Shown here: one piece after another, positions 55,136-64,000 of the stretch
Layout of the letters: each line of letters opens with the position of its first letter
How positions within the stretch are numbered: the first letter of the stretch is position 1
Origin: a virus
Reading direction: 5' to 3' (one strand)
Length of the DNA stretch: 64,000 nt
IMG/VR virus record: IMGVR_UViG_3300027920_000641
The notes under the pieces: generated by a model
Databases searched by the model: none
Told to the model about the DNA's origin: nothing
Seen by the model: the letters and a program-made list of their open reading frames with translations, nothing else
Translations under genes and position numbers: made by a program

Positions 55136-56947
55136 TTGTTGTTAATTGGATCTGGGGTTCCAACAAAAAGATGGGGTTCCCATGATCATTTTGTTGGTTC
55201 TCCAACCCTTAGTTTGTCAACTCGATTTATTTTGCCAGTTAAGGATGTTGATGAATCTAGGCAGGTTTTATCATTTACAGACTGGGGGAACCTGGTCAAA
55301 AAATCTGGTGCCTCATACACAAAATTGACTGGAGCTTCTTGGGCGTCTGGGTCTCAGTTAGAGGGAACCCAGCTTGGTGGAAATGTTTATTTAGTTAGTC
55401 CTGGAAGAGAAATGGTTAGATATGATTTCGAAAACCTAATATCTTTTCCAACTCTTTCCACTCCAGAGACCCCACTGGCCAGTAACGTTTCTGGAGCAAC
55501 TGGGGCATATACTTGGTCTTGGAGAGTCACTGCAGTATCAAAATCTGGTGGAGAAACAATAGGATCAACTCCTATTTCTTTGGCCTCTATGCCACAAAAT
55601 CTGGCTGATACTCTTATCAGAGTTGCTTGGACAGCAGTTTCCGCAGCTTCTGGAGATCTGACTGGATACAATATTTATCGAGGAGACCCAGGAGACGAGA
55701 AGTGGATTGGAGGAGTGGGTCCAGCAATTACTGCTTTCTTTGATAGTGGGGCGGCGGCCAATGATCCTTTCAGAACAGTCCCAGTTACAAACTCCACTGG
55801 TGGTCCAAAGGCAAAATATATTATTCGCTTCCAAGATAGGCTAATTATCGCAGGGATCCCTGGAGAGCCAACTAAGATTCTTATTTCTGGTCGTTATCCA
55901 GACCAAGAACGTTTCGACTGGTATGCTGGTGGTGGATATGTCCTGATAGAACCAGATTCTGGTGAGCACATTACTGGGCTGGGTATTCACCAAGAGAAAC
56001 TAGTTGTTTTCAAAGAGAACTCCGTGTGGCAACTCAGCTTGAACCAGATCCAGTTTGGTCAATACTTGATTCTAGATCCACAATATAAGTTGTTGACCGC
56101 CTCTCAAGGCTGTTCTTCTCACAGGTCAATTGTTGCCGTAGAGAATGATTTGATGTTTTCTAACCGCAAGGGTATCTATATTTTACGATATGAGCCTCAA
56201 TTATTGACTGTTTTGAATGCTAATGAAATTTCTGCAAAAATCAAACCATTTTTTGAGGGTTTATCAGACGCAGACCTAGTTTCTTCAGCAGGTGGCTATA
56301 TAGATAAAAAATACGTTCTTTCATTTCCAAATAGCAAAAAAACAATTGTGTTCGATAGAGAAAGACTTTCTTTTACTGGACCATGGACTACTCCATTTGG
56401 TATTAGCCAGTGGGCTAAGTATGTTGATGTAGCTGGGGAAGAAAAATGGATAGCGGCAGATTCAACAGATGCTTACGTTACTGAGTTTTCGAAAATATAT
56501 CCAGATGATAAAAATACTGCCATTCGCACTATTTTCAAGTCTAAAAAAGAGGACTTCGGAGATTGGACAATTTTTAAAACCATTAATGAAGTGTTTATGA
56601 ACTTCCGTTCGCTCAGGGGATCTGTCGATATAAACATTTATCTCGAGGAGAGAAGTGGAAATACGGTAGCCGCCAAATCGTTTACGCTCACATCCGCTGG
56701 TTCCTCTGGTACCTCTGGTTTCGGAACAGATATGTTTGGTTCTACTCCCTTTGGGCTTACAGAAAATGACCCAGAGTTTAGCGATGATGAGTTTCCTCGC
56801 AAAGCTTTTATTTATAAGTCTTCTCGTATTTTCCAGATTGAAGTTCGTACTATTGGAAAAACGGATATTTACGAATTACTGGGAATAAAAGTAGTTGCTA
56901 TTCCCCAATCTAGAGGAAATTCGCCCAGTGCATGGAACGTATCTTAG
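55136..56947 (+). CDS. hypothetical tail/structural protein (603 aa)
   Basis: Long ORF in the tail module; the 5' end is uncertain (TTG at 55136, the first in-frame ATG is much later). Confidence 0.5.
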   Translation: MLLIGSGVPTKRWGSHDHFVGSPTLSLSTRFILPVKDVDESRQVLSFTDWGNLVKKSGASYTKLTGASWASGSQLEGTQLGGNVYLVSPGREMVRYDFENLISFPTLSTPETPLASNVSGATGAYTWSWRVTAVSKSGGETIGSTPISLASMPQNLADTLIRVAWTAVSAASGDLTGYNIYRGDPGDEKWIGGVGPAITAFFDSGAAANDPFRTVPVTNSTGGPKAKYIIRFQDRLIIAGIPGEPTKILISGRYPDQERFDWYAGGGYVLIEPDSGEHITGLGIHQEKLVVFKENSVWQLSLNQIQFGQYLILDPQYKLLTASQGCSSHRSIVAVENDLMFSNRKGIYILRYEPQLLTVLNANEISAKIKPFFEGLSDADLVSSAGGYIDKKYVLSFPNSKKTIVFDRERLSFTGPWTTPFGISQWAKYVDVAGEEKWIAADSTDAYVTEFSKIYPDDKNTAIRTIFKSKKEDFGDWTIFKTINEVFMNFRSLRGSVDINIYLEERSGNTVAAKSFTLTSAGSSGTSGFGTDMFGSTPFGLTENDPEFSDDEFPRKAFIYKSSRIFQIEVRTIGKTDIYELLGIKVVAIPQSRGNSPSAWNVS

Positions 56948-56964
56948 TTTAAAAGGATAAAAAT

Positions 56965-57642
56965 ATGACAGAAAAACTTTGGAAAGCAGCAACAACAAAT
57001 GCTTTCTCAACAACTCTTGATGGAAGTATCACGCTCTCTGACCAAACCATAACTCTTACGTCGGTGGTTGGGCTAGAGGCTCCAGGGATTCTAGTTATCG
57101 ATAGACAAGACGGCAACGAACTTAACACCCCTGGTTTACGCGAGTACATTTCTTTTGAGGGTATCTCTGGAAATGATCTTACAGATGTTACTAGAGGAGT
57201 AGGCAACTCAACTGCCCAATCTCACTCTTCTGGAGCCTTGGTAGAAGAAGCTTTATCAGTGACCCATTGGAACGACGCAGTAACTTACAATACGGCTTCT
57301 CGTACAAGAATAGCTCAACTAGAGGCTGACAAACTTTTATTTTCTGAAACAGATGGGGCAACTGTAACTTTTGATTTAGACGAATCTAAGATTCAGACGG
57401 TTGTACTAGGTGGGAATAGAACCTTAGTCGTAAGCAATGCAGCGATTGGAGAAGTTTTTGTCATTCGTTTAAAGCAGGGAGCTGGCGGAAGTAAGGCGGT
57501 AACTTGGTGGGACACTATCGCATGGCCAGGAGGTTCTGCCCCATCTCTTTCTACAGCTGAGGATGCAGTAGATACTTTCGGGTTTATTTGCACAGCAGAA
57601 AATATGTATGACGGTTATTTTATAGGATTTGCGTTAGCATAA
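56965..57642 (+). CDS. tail fibre-like protein, paralogue A (shared N-terminal anchor domain)
   Basis: About 105 N-terminal aa roughly 75% identical to 59095..59874 (KLWKAATTNAFSTTLDGSIT...STAQSHSSGALVEEALSVTHWND); AAAAGGATAAAAAT-ATG. Confidence 0.55.
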   Translation: MTEKLWKAATTNAFSTTLDGSITLSDQTITLTSVVGLEAPGILVIDRQDGNELNTPGLREYISFEGISGNDLTDVTRGVGNSTAQSHSSGALVEEALSVTHWNDAVTYNTASRTRIAQLEADKLLFSETDGATVTFDLDESKIQTVVLGGNRTLVVSNAAIGEVFVIRLKQGAGGSKAVTWWDTIAWPGGSAPSLSTAEDAVDTFGFICTAENMYDGYFIGFALA

Positions 57643-57653
57643 AAGGAGTCTTT

Positions 57654-57842
57654 ATGACAGAAACAGTTTTTAGAATCGTTGGATTTGAGATCAAAACTCC
57701 AGAGGGAAACTTCATGGAGAGTTGCACCTTTTGGATATATGCCAAGAAGGAAGATGAAGCTATGAAAATAGCCAAGTCTAAAGGAATCAAGAAAAAATAC
57801 TGGCAGACAATAGAAGTAATAGAGAAAAAAGAAAATGCTTAG
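57654..57842 (+). CDS. hypothetical small protein
   Basis: ORF track 62 aa; AAAGGAGTCTTT-ATG. Confidence 0.45.
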   Translation: MTETVFRIVGFEIKTPEGNFMESCTFWIYAKKEDEAMKIAKSKGIKKKYWQTIEVIEKKENA

Positions 57843-59076
57843 TCCTAACGTTATTATTCCGTTTTCTGGAAATCACGCTGATGTTCCCTCTGGTTTTGCT
57901 AGAGTTACCGATCTAGACGGCAAGTACCCAAAAGGGTATGGTGCGGAAGTAATTAATACTTCTGGTGGAGCTGCAACACATACTCATACTAGTCCTGGTC
58001 ACACTCACTCACTTGCCCCCCATACTCATACTGCTACCTTACCATCTCCTGGGACAAGTGGCGGTACTAGATCTTCTGGGGGAGATTTGCCTGTTTTGAA
58101 TCATACGCACTCGGTTACTACTGATAACCCGAGCTCAACAACATCTTCTTCGACAGCAGTAACCTATGGTTCTTGCTCGAATGATCCTCCATACTACACT
58201 GTTATTTTTATCAAATCTAATGGCTATAGTTTTATTCCTCCGAATGGCATGGTTATAAGAGAGTCTACTACTAGACCTGGGATGACATTCCACTCTGCTT
58301 CTGCTGGAAAATATCTCAAGGGAGCTGGGACTGGGGCCAATGCTGGTGGGACTGGTGGCTCTGTTACCAATGTTCACAATATTACGCATGGTCATACGAT
58401 TGGCGCCCATACACATACTTTTACCTCATCAACTTTATCTCCAACAATAACTTCTCCAGATACGTGGGAGATGGTGAGGGGTGCTCATAATCACTCTGGG
58501 ACTACTGGAAATAGCTCGTCTGATACGGTAAATAATAATACTGATGACTTAACGACTACGGAAACTGTTGAACCATCTCACAGAAAACTTAATCCATTTA
58601 TAAACGATGGAGCCAGTGGTGTTCAGGCTGATGTTGGAGACATAGCTCTCTGGCTAGATTCAGTTAGCACCATCCCCCCCAACTGGTTAATTTGCGATGG
58701 AACTAATGATACTCCTAACATGACCGATGTTTTCTTAAAAAATAACACCACTGCTACGAGTACATCTACTGGTGGTAGTAACACTCATACTCATGCTGCG
58801 CAGGGTCATACTCACACTGGAGCATCTCATACGCACTCTGTTCCATCAGTATCACATACGGCTGGCAATGGTAATTCTCCTGGAGGATCAGTCGGAGATG
58901 GTATGCTTGCTCCTTCCCCACACGCTTCGACCACAACAAGTTCTACGGCATTATCTCTGTCTTCAGCCAATACAACGGCCGATAGTTCTGGTAATCAACC
59001 AGCTTATTTAACAGTTGCGTATATTCAGATGAAATTTTCTATTATAGGAGGTGGATTTTTATTCAATCTACTTTAA
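57835..59076 (+). CDS. tail-collar-domain fibre protein (three tandem collar-like modules)
   Basis: Three occurrences of the (F/Y)LKG..GG...H.H..GHTH..HTH motif, with PNWLICDGT and PPNGMVI starts, matching the phage tail-collar pattern. Confidence 0.6.
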   Translation: MLSPNVIIPFSGNHADVPSGFARVTDLDGKYPKGYGAEVINTSGGAATHTHTSPGHTHSLAPHTHTATLPSPGTSGGTRSSGGDLPVLNHTHSVTTDNPSSTTSSSTAVTYGSCSNDPPYYTVIFIKSNGYSFIPPNGMVIRESTTRPGMTFHSASAGKYLKGAGTGANAGGTGGSVTNVHNITHGHTIGAHTHTFTSSTLSPTITSPDTWEMVRGAHNHSGTTGNSSSDTVNNNTDDLTTTETVEPSHRKLNPFINDGASGVQADVGDIALWLDSVSTIPPNWLICDGTNDTPNMTDVFLKNNTTATSTSTGGSNTHTHAAQGHTHTGASHTHSVPSVSHTAGNGNSPGGSVGDGMLAPSPHASTTTSSTALSLSSANTTADSSGNQPAYLTVAYIQMKFSIIGGGFLFNLL

Positions 59077-59094
59077 TATTTAACAAGGAGCAAT

Positions 59095-59874
59095 ATGGCA
59101 AATAAACTTTGGAAAGCAGCAACAACAAATGCTTTCTCAACAACTCTTGATGGAAGTATCACTGACTCAAGTAGTAGTATTGTTTTAACTTCTACGACTG
59201 GGCTTCAGGCCCCTGGTGTCTTGGTTATAGATAGGCAGGATGGGAATGGAGAGAATACTACTGCTATTCGAGAGTACGTTACATTTACGAGCATTAGCGA
59301 TAAGACCCTAAACTTGGTAGGAAGGGGAGCAGCTGGGTCAACTGCCCAATCTCACTCTTCTGGCGCCCTAGTTGAGGAAGCTCTATCAGTTACTCACTGG
59401 AATGACTTATTATCTTTTTTAGAAATTTCTCATAATTCGCTAGGTGGGATTGCTAGTACTTCTCTAGCTAGTCTTTCCGCACTTAGGGTACACAACCACC
59501 TAGACGCGTCAGGAGCCTCCATTTCGGGCATATTCCCGATCCACCCAGGCTGGCTAGTGGGCAGGGGTGTTTCTTTACCAACTACAACTGTTGGCAAGCC
59601 ACTGCCAGTGCCACAATCTGGAACAATCAGGTTCTTCAGCGCAGTTCTTCGTTCTCCTGCCTCTGGATCAGACTTGATTATTGATATCAACAAAAACTTT
59701 TCGACTATTTTCACAGATCAGGGAACTCGTTTAACTATTCCTGGAGGAGGAACATACGCATCTACCGCATCTATCGCAGTTACCAGTATCGTTTCTGGAG
59801 ATATTTTATCTATGGATATTGACCAAGGGGGTGGATCAGCACAAGACTTAACAGTTCTAGGGAGAATAGAGTAA
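59095..59874 (+). CDS. tail fibre-like protein, paralogue B
   Basis: N-terminal domain homologous to 56965..57642; divergent C-terminus; AAGGAGCAAT-ATG. Confidence 0.55.
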   Translation: MANKLWKAATTNAFSTTLDGSITDSSSSIVLTSTTGLQAPGVLVIDRQDGNGENTTAIREYVTFTSISDKTLNLVGRGAAGSTAQSHSSGALVEEALSVTHWNDLLSFLEISHNSLGGIASTSLASLSALRVHNHLDASGASISGIFPIHPGWLVGRGVSLPTTTVGKPLPVPQSGTIRFFSAVLRSPASGSDLIIDINKNFSTIFTDQGTRLTIPGGGTYASTASIAVTSIVSGDILSMDIDQGGGSAQDLTVLGRIE

Positions 59875-60401
59875 TGGCGAAAATCACGTTTTGTACCAGT
59901 GGGAAAAATTGTGCTGAAAAACTCCAAAAAACATACATCAAAAATTTGTTAACAGGAAAAGACTTTGGATGCGACTTCGTTCTAGTTGATCAAAGCGCAG
60001 ACGGCAATATATCCGAGTGGATTAAGGATAATTTATCTGGACACATAGATTCTGGCCTCTTATTTTACGATAGGGTTTCTATGGAATATAGCTATGGGGG
60101 TATCATGAACTTCGCTCATCGTTTGGGCAAGCAAGAACTACTTTGCAACTTACCTCCCGAAGCTGAGTTAAATAGTGATTTTATTGACTGGGTTATGACT
60201 CAATATTCCGTCAATGATAATGTTATTATAAAAAATATAGCTAACTCAAAGATGGTCCTGGTTAAAAGAAGTGACTTCACTGCGGTTAATGGTTACAACA
60301 CTGGCTTAACAAATCCAAAAGAAAGCCGCGATGATTTTATAAACAGAATTTTATCACTTGGAAGGAAAGTTTTAGAATATAAACTAATCATCAATACATA
60401 A
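59874..60401 (+). CDS. putative GT-A-like glycosyltransferase fragment
   Basis: MVLVKRSDFTAVNGYNTGL resembles the galactosyltransferase C-terminal (..vNGf.N.f.GWG) region; weak. Confidence 0.3.
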   Translation: MAKITFCTSGKNCAEKLQKTYIKNLLTGKDFGCDFVLVDQSADGNISEWIKDNLSGHIDSGLLFYDRVSMEYSYGGIMNFAHRLGKQELLCNLPPEAELNSDFIDWVMTQYSVNDNVIIKNIANSKMVLVKRSDFTAVNGYNTGLTNPKESRDDFINRILSLGRKVLEYKLIINT

Positions 60402-60403
60402 AT

Positions 60404-62002
60404 ATGTCCTACGCATATAAAGCCACAATAACAATTGACCACACAAAAGTCTCTGGTTCTGGTGATTTGACTGATTTTCCAGTCTTGATTTCTGGTACAT
60501 ATGATGGAACTGGCAGCGAGCCAGATTTAAGGGTGGGAACTAGCGGTGGCAATGTAACTTCTACGAGTGGGTACGATATTATTTTTACCTCTGACTCTGA
60601 TGGAAATACTCAACTTGACCACGAAATTGAAACCTATGTTTCAACTACTGGTGCGGTTTGTTTTTGGGTTAGATTACCGACACTTGACGGTGATGCAAGC
60701 ACAACTATCTATATGTGGTATGGCGATTCTGGTGTTACAACTTCTCAAGAAGATGTCGCTGGTGTATGGGATGCTGACTACGTTGGTGTATATCACTTAA
60801 AAGAAACCCCAGACCATACAGCGGATGAAGTAAAAGACTCTAGTGGTAATAATCATGGTACTGGAGCGGGAACCCTAACTTCAGTTACTGGCGCATTTGG
60901 TGGTAAAGCCATCAACTTTGGAGGAGCTGGTTATGTAGACTTAGGTGCTAGATCAGACCATAATTTTAGTGGCAACTTTACTGTATCGGCATGGGCATAT
61001 AACGCCAGCGGGGGAATAAGTAACTGTAACGTAGTTGCTCATGATCAAAGTACGGGCAGGCAGTGGGATATACATGTATCAGGGGATACAACTTTTTGGG
61101 CTGATGTTGCTAAGTCTGGCAGTTATAAAGTGGCAGAGGTTTCAAGTGGTTTTGCGAATGGGGCTTGGAAACATCTGGTGGGTAGATATAACGGCAGTAA
61201 TATTGAGGCATTTACTAATGGTTCAAAAACTACTGGAGAAGCCGTAACAGGCGCACCAGATAGTCACCCGACAACTCACTCATCAATCGGAACTTATTAC
61301 ACTTTTGGCTCTTATGTTTTTCCTGGATATATTGATGAAGTTAGGTTATCGAAGATTGCTCGGAGTGATGACTATCTGATTACTGAATACAATAATGGTA
61401 GCTCACCATCTACATTCTACACAATGGGAGATGAGACAGAGGCTGGCGGTCCATCATCTAGTCAAAGTCCAAGTGTAAGCCCCAGTCAGAGCCCCAGTCA
61501 AAGCCCCTCACTTAGTCCTAGCTCAAGCCAGAGTCCCAGTCAAAGCCCTTCACAGAGTCCAAGTCTTAGTCCTTCCTCAAGCATAAGTCCTAGCCAAAGT
61601 CCTAGTCAAAGCCCTAGCCGCAGTCCTAGTAGCTCTGTCAGTCCATCCGAAATATCGTCTGAGTCTTCATCGATATCACCATCTAGTTCACTTTCTCCAA
61701 GTGTTTCTCCATCACTTAGTGCCAGTCAAAGTCCTTCGCTTAGTCCAAGCTCAAGCCAGAGTCCCAGTCAGAGCCCTAGTCAATCCCCTTCACTTAGTCC
61801 TTCATCAAGTGTAAGCCCTAGCCAGAGCCCCAGTCAAAGTCCCTCACTTAGTCCTAGCCCAAGTCAAAGTCCTAGCCTTAGTCCTTCATCAAGTGTAAGC
61901 CCTAGCCAAAGCCCTAGCCAAAGCCCTAGTAGCTCAATTAGTCCGAGCGTTAGTCCATCACCATCTCCAGAAGATGATGAAAGTTACTGCTTTCTACTTT
62001 GA
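60404..62002 (+). CDS. DUF2341/LamG-domain protein with C-terminal Ser-Pro repeats
   Basis: N-terminus YKATITIDHTKVSG..DLTDFPVLIS...DIIFTSDSDGNTQLDHEIETYV...IYMWYGD matches DUF2341; NCNVVAHD...WKHLVGRYNGSNIEAFTNG matches LamG; C-terminal (SPSQSPSLSPSSS)n. Confidence 0.7.
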   Translation: MSYAYKATITIDHTKVSGSGDLTDFPVLISGTYDGTGSEPDLRVGTSGGNVTSTSGYDIIFTSDSDGNTQLDHEIETYVSTTGAVCFWVRLPTLDGDASTTIYMWYGDSGVTTSQEDVAGVWDADYVGVYHLKETPDHTADEVKDSSGNNHGTGAGTLTSVTGAFGGKAINFGGAGYVDLGARSDHNFSGNFTVSAWAYNASGGISNCNVVAHDQSTGRQWDIHVSGDTTFWADVAKSGSYKVAEVSSGFANGAWKHLVGRYNGSNIEAFTNGSKTTGEAVTGAPDSHPTTHSSIGTYYTFGSYVFPGYIDEVRLSKIARSDDYLITEYNNGSSPSTFYTMGDETEAGGPSSSQSPSVSPSQSPSQSPSLSPSSSQSPSQSPSQSPSLSPSSSISPSQSPSQSPSRSPSSSVSPSEISSESSSISPSSSLSPSVSPSLSASQSPSLSPSSSQSPSQSPSQSPSLSPSSSVSPSQSPSQSPSLSPSPSQSPSLSPSSSVSPSQSPSQSPSSSISPSVSPSPSPEDDESYCFLL

Positions 62003-62073
62003 TGCTTGACAACAGTGTCGTTAGCGTGATTGTATACACACACATAGTTATTCAGCCGAGAAACGGCGCTTAA

Positions 62074-62101
62074 CCACCCAGATAAAAAGGGTGGTTTTTT
62101 A
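62074..62101 (+). terminator. rho-independent terminator
   Basis: accaccc-agataaaaa-gggtggt followed by T6. Confidence 0.75.
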
Positions 62102-62118
62102 TTATAAAAGGAGAACAT

Positions 62119-63246
62119 ATGGCAGAATTTAATCTTAATAACTTAAGCCAAGCTGCTAGAGACGCAATGTTTAATCAGCTCAATAGTATCGCCAACGGGG
62201 GAGAGGTAATCGCAACGGCGGAAATCGAAGATGGTGCAGTTACTGAGGATAAAATAGCGACGGGGGCAGTAAGTGCTGGAAAATTAGCTAGCACTATTGA
62301 TCTGGCGTCAGTTGCTCTCACAAGTTTGAGAATTGAGTCTGGAACTCCAGTTAATGCTGTTGCGGCAACACAAACTCTAACTCTTACTGGAGTAATTGTC
62401 CCTGGATCTCATGCTGAAAGTGTTTTGACTAGTAATGGTACAAATGTTTCTGACACTAATACGGTAACAATTGGAACCACGGTTTATCGATTTAAAGACA
62501 CAATGGCTGCTGCCTATGATGTTAAGATTGGTGCAAGCGCAGCTATTTCTTTAGATAATTTGAAGGCCGCGATCAATGGGACTGGGACTGCTGGGGTAGA
62601 ATGGTTTGCTGGTACAGTTGCTCACCCAACAGTGGTAGCGACTGATAATGCCGATACAACTCAAAAGATTATTGCTCGAGTTCCTGGCACCGCTGCTAAT
62701 ACTGCGCCTACAACTATATCGGCCGCTACTCTCTCATGGCCAGATACTACACTGGGAGGAGGAACTGGAGATAGTAATCCAGGGGTGGCCACAGAAACAG
62801 TTACTATTGACACAGTAACTTACAGTTTCGTAAATGTCTTATCAGAGACCAATGGGGCAGCAGCAATAGCCAATCAGGTCCTGTTTGGCAATGACTCGGC
62901 AGCAGCTCTTGACAATCTTAAACTAGCCATTGATGCTGGCGCAACTATCGGTACTAATTATAGTACTGGAACTGTCGTGCACCCTACAGTTACAGCAACT
63001 ACAAACGCAAATGATTCTCAGATAGTAGCAGCGAGAACAAAGGGAGTTGCTGGCAATTCTATTGCTACCACAGCCACACTCGCTAATGGAGCCTGGGGAG
63101 ACACAACATTAGAAGGCGGTATCAACGGCACCGTTGGTCTTGCCAAAGAGATCCTTCTTGATGCCAGTTTTCTTTATGTCGCAATTGCGGCTAACACTAT
63201 TGCTGACGCCAACTGGAGAAGATTTACTGTAGGAAATGTTTATTAA
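62119..63246 (+). CDS. hypothetical structural protein with internal roughly 110-aa duplication
   Basis: AAAGGAGAACAT-ATG; the repeats NLKAAINGTGTAGVEWFAGTVAHPTVVATDNADTTQKIIARVPGTAANT and NLKLAIDAGATIGTNYSTGTVVHPTVTATTNANDSQIVAARTKGVAGNS. Confidence 0.55.
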   Translation: MAEFNLNNLSQAARDAMFNQLNSIANGGEVIATAEIEDGAVTEDKIATGAVSAGKLASTIDLASVALTSLRIESGTPVNAVAATQTLTLTGVIVPGSHAESVLTSNGTNVSDTNTVTIGTTVYRFKDTMAAAYDVKIGASAAISLDNLKAAINGTGTAGVEWFAGTVAHPTVVATDNADTTQKIIARVPGTAANTAPTTISAATLSWPDTTLGGGTGDSNPGVATETVTIDTVTYSFVNVLSETNGAAAIANQVLFGNDSAAALDNLKLAIDAGATIGTNYSTGTVVHPTVTATTNANDSQIVAARTKGVAGNSIATTATLANGAWGDTTLEGGINGTVGLAKEILLDASFLYVAIAANTIADANWRRFTVGNVY

Positions 63247-63256
63247 GGAGTAATTT

Positions 63257-63634
63257 ATGCCAGACCAACCTAATCTAGATAGTCTAAACTTCGACAAGAA
63301 TCCATTTATGGAAATGCTTGGCGGAGGGCTACAAGCTGCTCAACAAATGCCTCAAGAAGGTGGAGATGAGCAAGCAATGACAATGACTCAGCAGGGTGGC
63401 GGTGGTCAAGGCGCTCCACAAGTGGGGGCGGTTGGCGGGGCTGGTAAACCAAATCAGCTAGAGTATGGTCAAAATCCAGATAGAACAGGATTCCTTGTCT
63501 CTGCTATTCAACAACTAGAAAATTATATTAAGAATTCTACTCAGAAAGATGAGATTTCAACAGTCCGCGGACTGATTTCACTACTTTCTCAATTAGTAAA
63601 TAAAGACCAGCAGTCAATGGCTGCCGAGCTATAA
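63257..63634 (+). CDS. hypothetical protein (Gly/Gln-rich centre)
   Basis: ORF track 125 aa; AAGGAGTAATTT-ATG. Confidence 0.5.
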   Translation: MPDQPNLDSLNFDKNPFMEMLGGGLQAAQQMPQEGGDEQAMTMTQQGGGGQGAPQVGAVGGAGKPNQLEYGQNPDRTGFLVSAIQQLENYIKNSTQKDEISTVRGLISLLSQLVNKDQQSMAAEL

Positions 63635-63643
63635 AGGAGATAT

Positions 63644-63853
63644 ATGCCAATTGGAGTAAAAGGATTAGGATGGGATGTAGAAAAAAGTAGTTCTAAAAGG
63701 GGCCGCGATATTAAGAGTATGAAAAATACTAAAGTGGTTAGGCCATCTGCCACCCCAACCTCAAGACCTACCCTTACCCCACAGCAGATAAGATCAATCA
63801 AGCAATCGCCAAAGGGGAAGTTACCAAGTTTTTTAAATAAGTATTTAGCTTAA
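63644..63853 (+). CDS. hypothetical small basic protein
   Basis: ORF track 69 aa; TAAAGGAGATATAT-ATG. Confidence 0.45.
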   Translation: MPIGVKGLGWDVEKSSSKRGRDIKSMKNTKVVRPSATPTSRPTLTPQQIRSIKQSPKGKLPSFLNKYLA

Positions 63854-63864
63854 AGGAGATATAT

Positions 63865-64000
63865 ATGCCATCTTATGCAATGTCTAGTTCAACCAACCCG
63901 TGGGCTTTAAATTATAACCCATCCATGTCTGGTTTTAATAAGCTTCCGATGTCCAGTGAATCTAATCCAGCAGCTGCTGTTTATAGACCACGCACTGGAG
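63865..64000 (+). CDS. hypothetical protein (5' partial, runs off window)
   Basis: Same TAAAGGAGATATAT-ATG initiation context as the preceding gene; MPSYAMSSSTNPWALNYNPS... Confidence 0.4.
   Translation, partial: MPSYAMSSSTNPWALNYNPSMSGFNKLPMSSESNPAAAVYRPRTG

Overview
This window reads as a contiguous piece of a large, AT-rich (about 40% GC) tailed double-stranded-DNA phage genome, or a very recent prophage.

(1) Positions 1-13.4 kb are a minus-strand early module of at least 35 small genes, most 40-220 aa, packed head-to-tail with ATGA start/stop overlaps. Nearly every one is preceded by a G-run RBS of the form GGGGGAATT-ATG. The module is driven by a family of perfect sigma70 consensus promoters (TTGACA-17-TATAAT). 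Its recognisable products are a pentapeptide-repeat protein, a calcineurin-like phosphoesterase, an SPFH/band-7 protein with a membrane partner, a KGG-type stress peptide and a secreted 3D-domain protein.

(2) Positions 13.37-14.01 kb are a roughly 650-bp non-coding hub containing an 11-bp phased iteron array, a (TGCG)n tract and three G/C-run hairpins.

(3) Position 15.05 kb onward is a plus-strand module. It encodes a Cys-rich HNH endonuclease, RtcB RNA ligase, an Endo VII-like nuclease, an RHH regulator, TerS, TerL, portal and scaffold. Two free-standing homing endonucleases (LAGLIDADG and HNH) follow, each with its own promoter and flanked by group-I-intron-like RNA elements. The major capsid candidate comes next.

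(4) Positions 31.4-48.6 kb are a 17-kb glycosylation island. It contains a GT-A/TPR/GT-B fusion, at least 8 further glycosyltransferases, 3 SAM-methyltransferases, a DegT aminotransferase, a Gfo/Idh/MocA oxidoreductase and a short UDP-sugar dehydrogenase. Two more HNH genes interrupt it.

(5) From 48.6 kb on are tail and fibre genes. They include a glycine-rich minor-tail-like protein, a 1540-aa DUF2341/LamG fibre with about 15 tandem 18-aa Ser-Pro repeats, a second DUF2341/LamG/Ser-Pro protein sharing a roughly 140-bp identical segment, a triple tail-collar protein and a paralogous fibre pair.

No rRNA, tRNA or CRISPR was recognised.

The most striking hypothesis is a phage-encoded virion O-glycosylation system whose substrates are the Ser-Pro repeat fibres.

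Coordinates that I derived myself, rather than taking from the ORF track, may be off by 1-2 nt.
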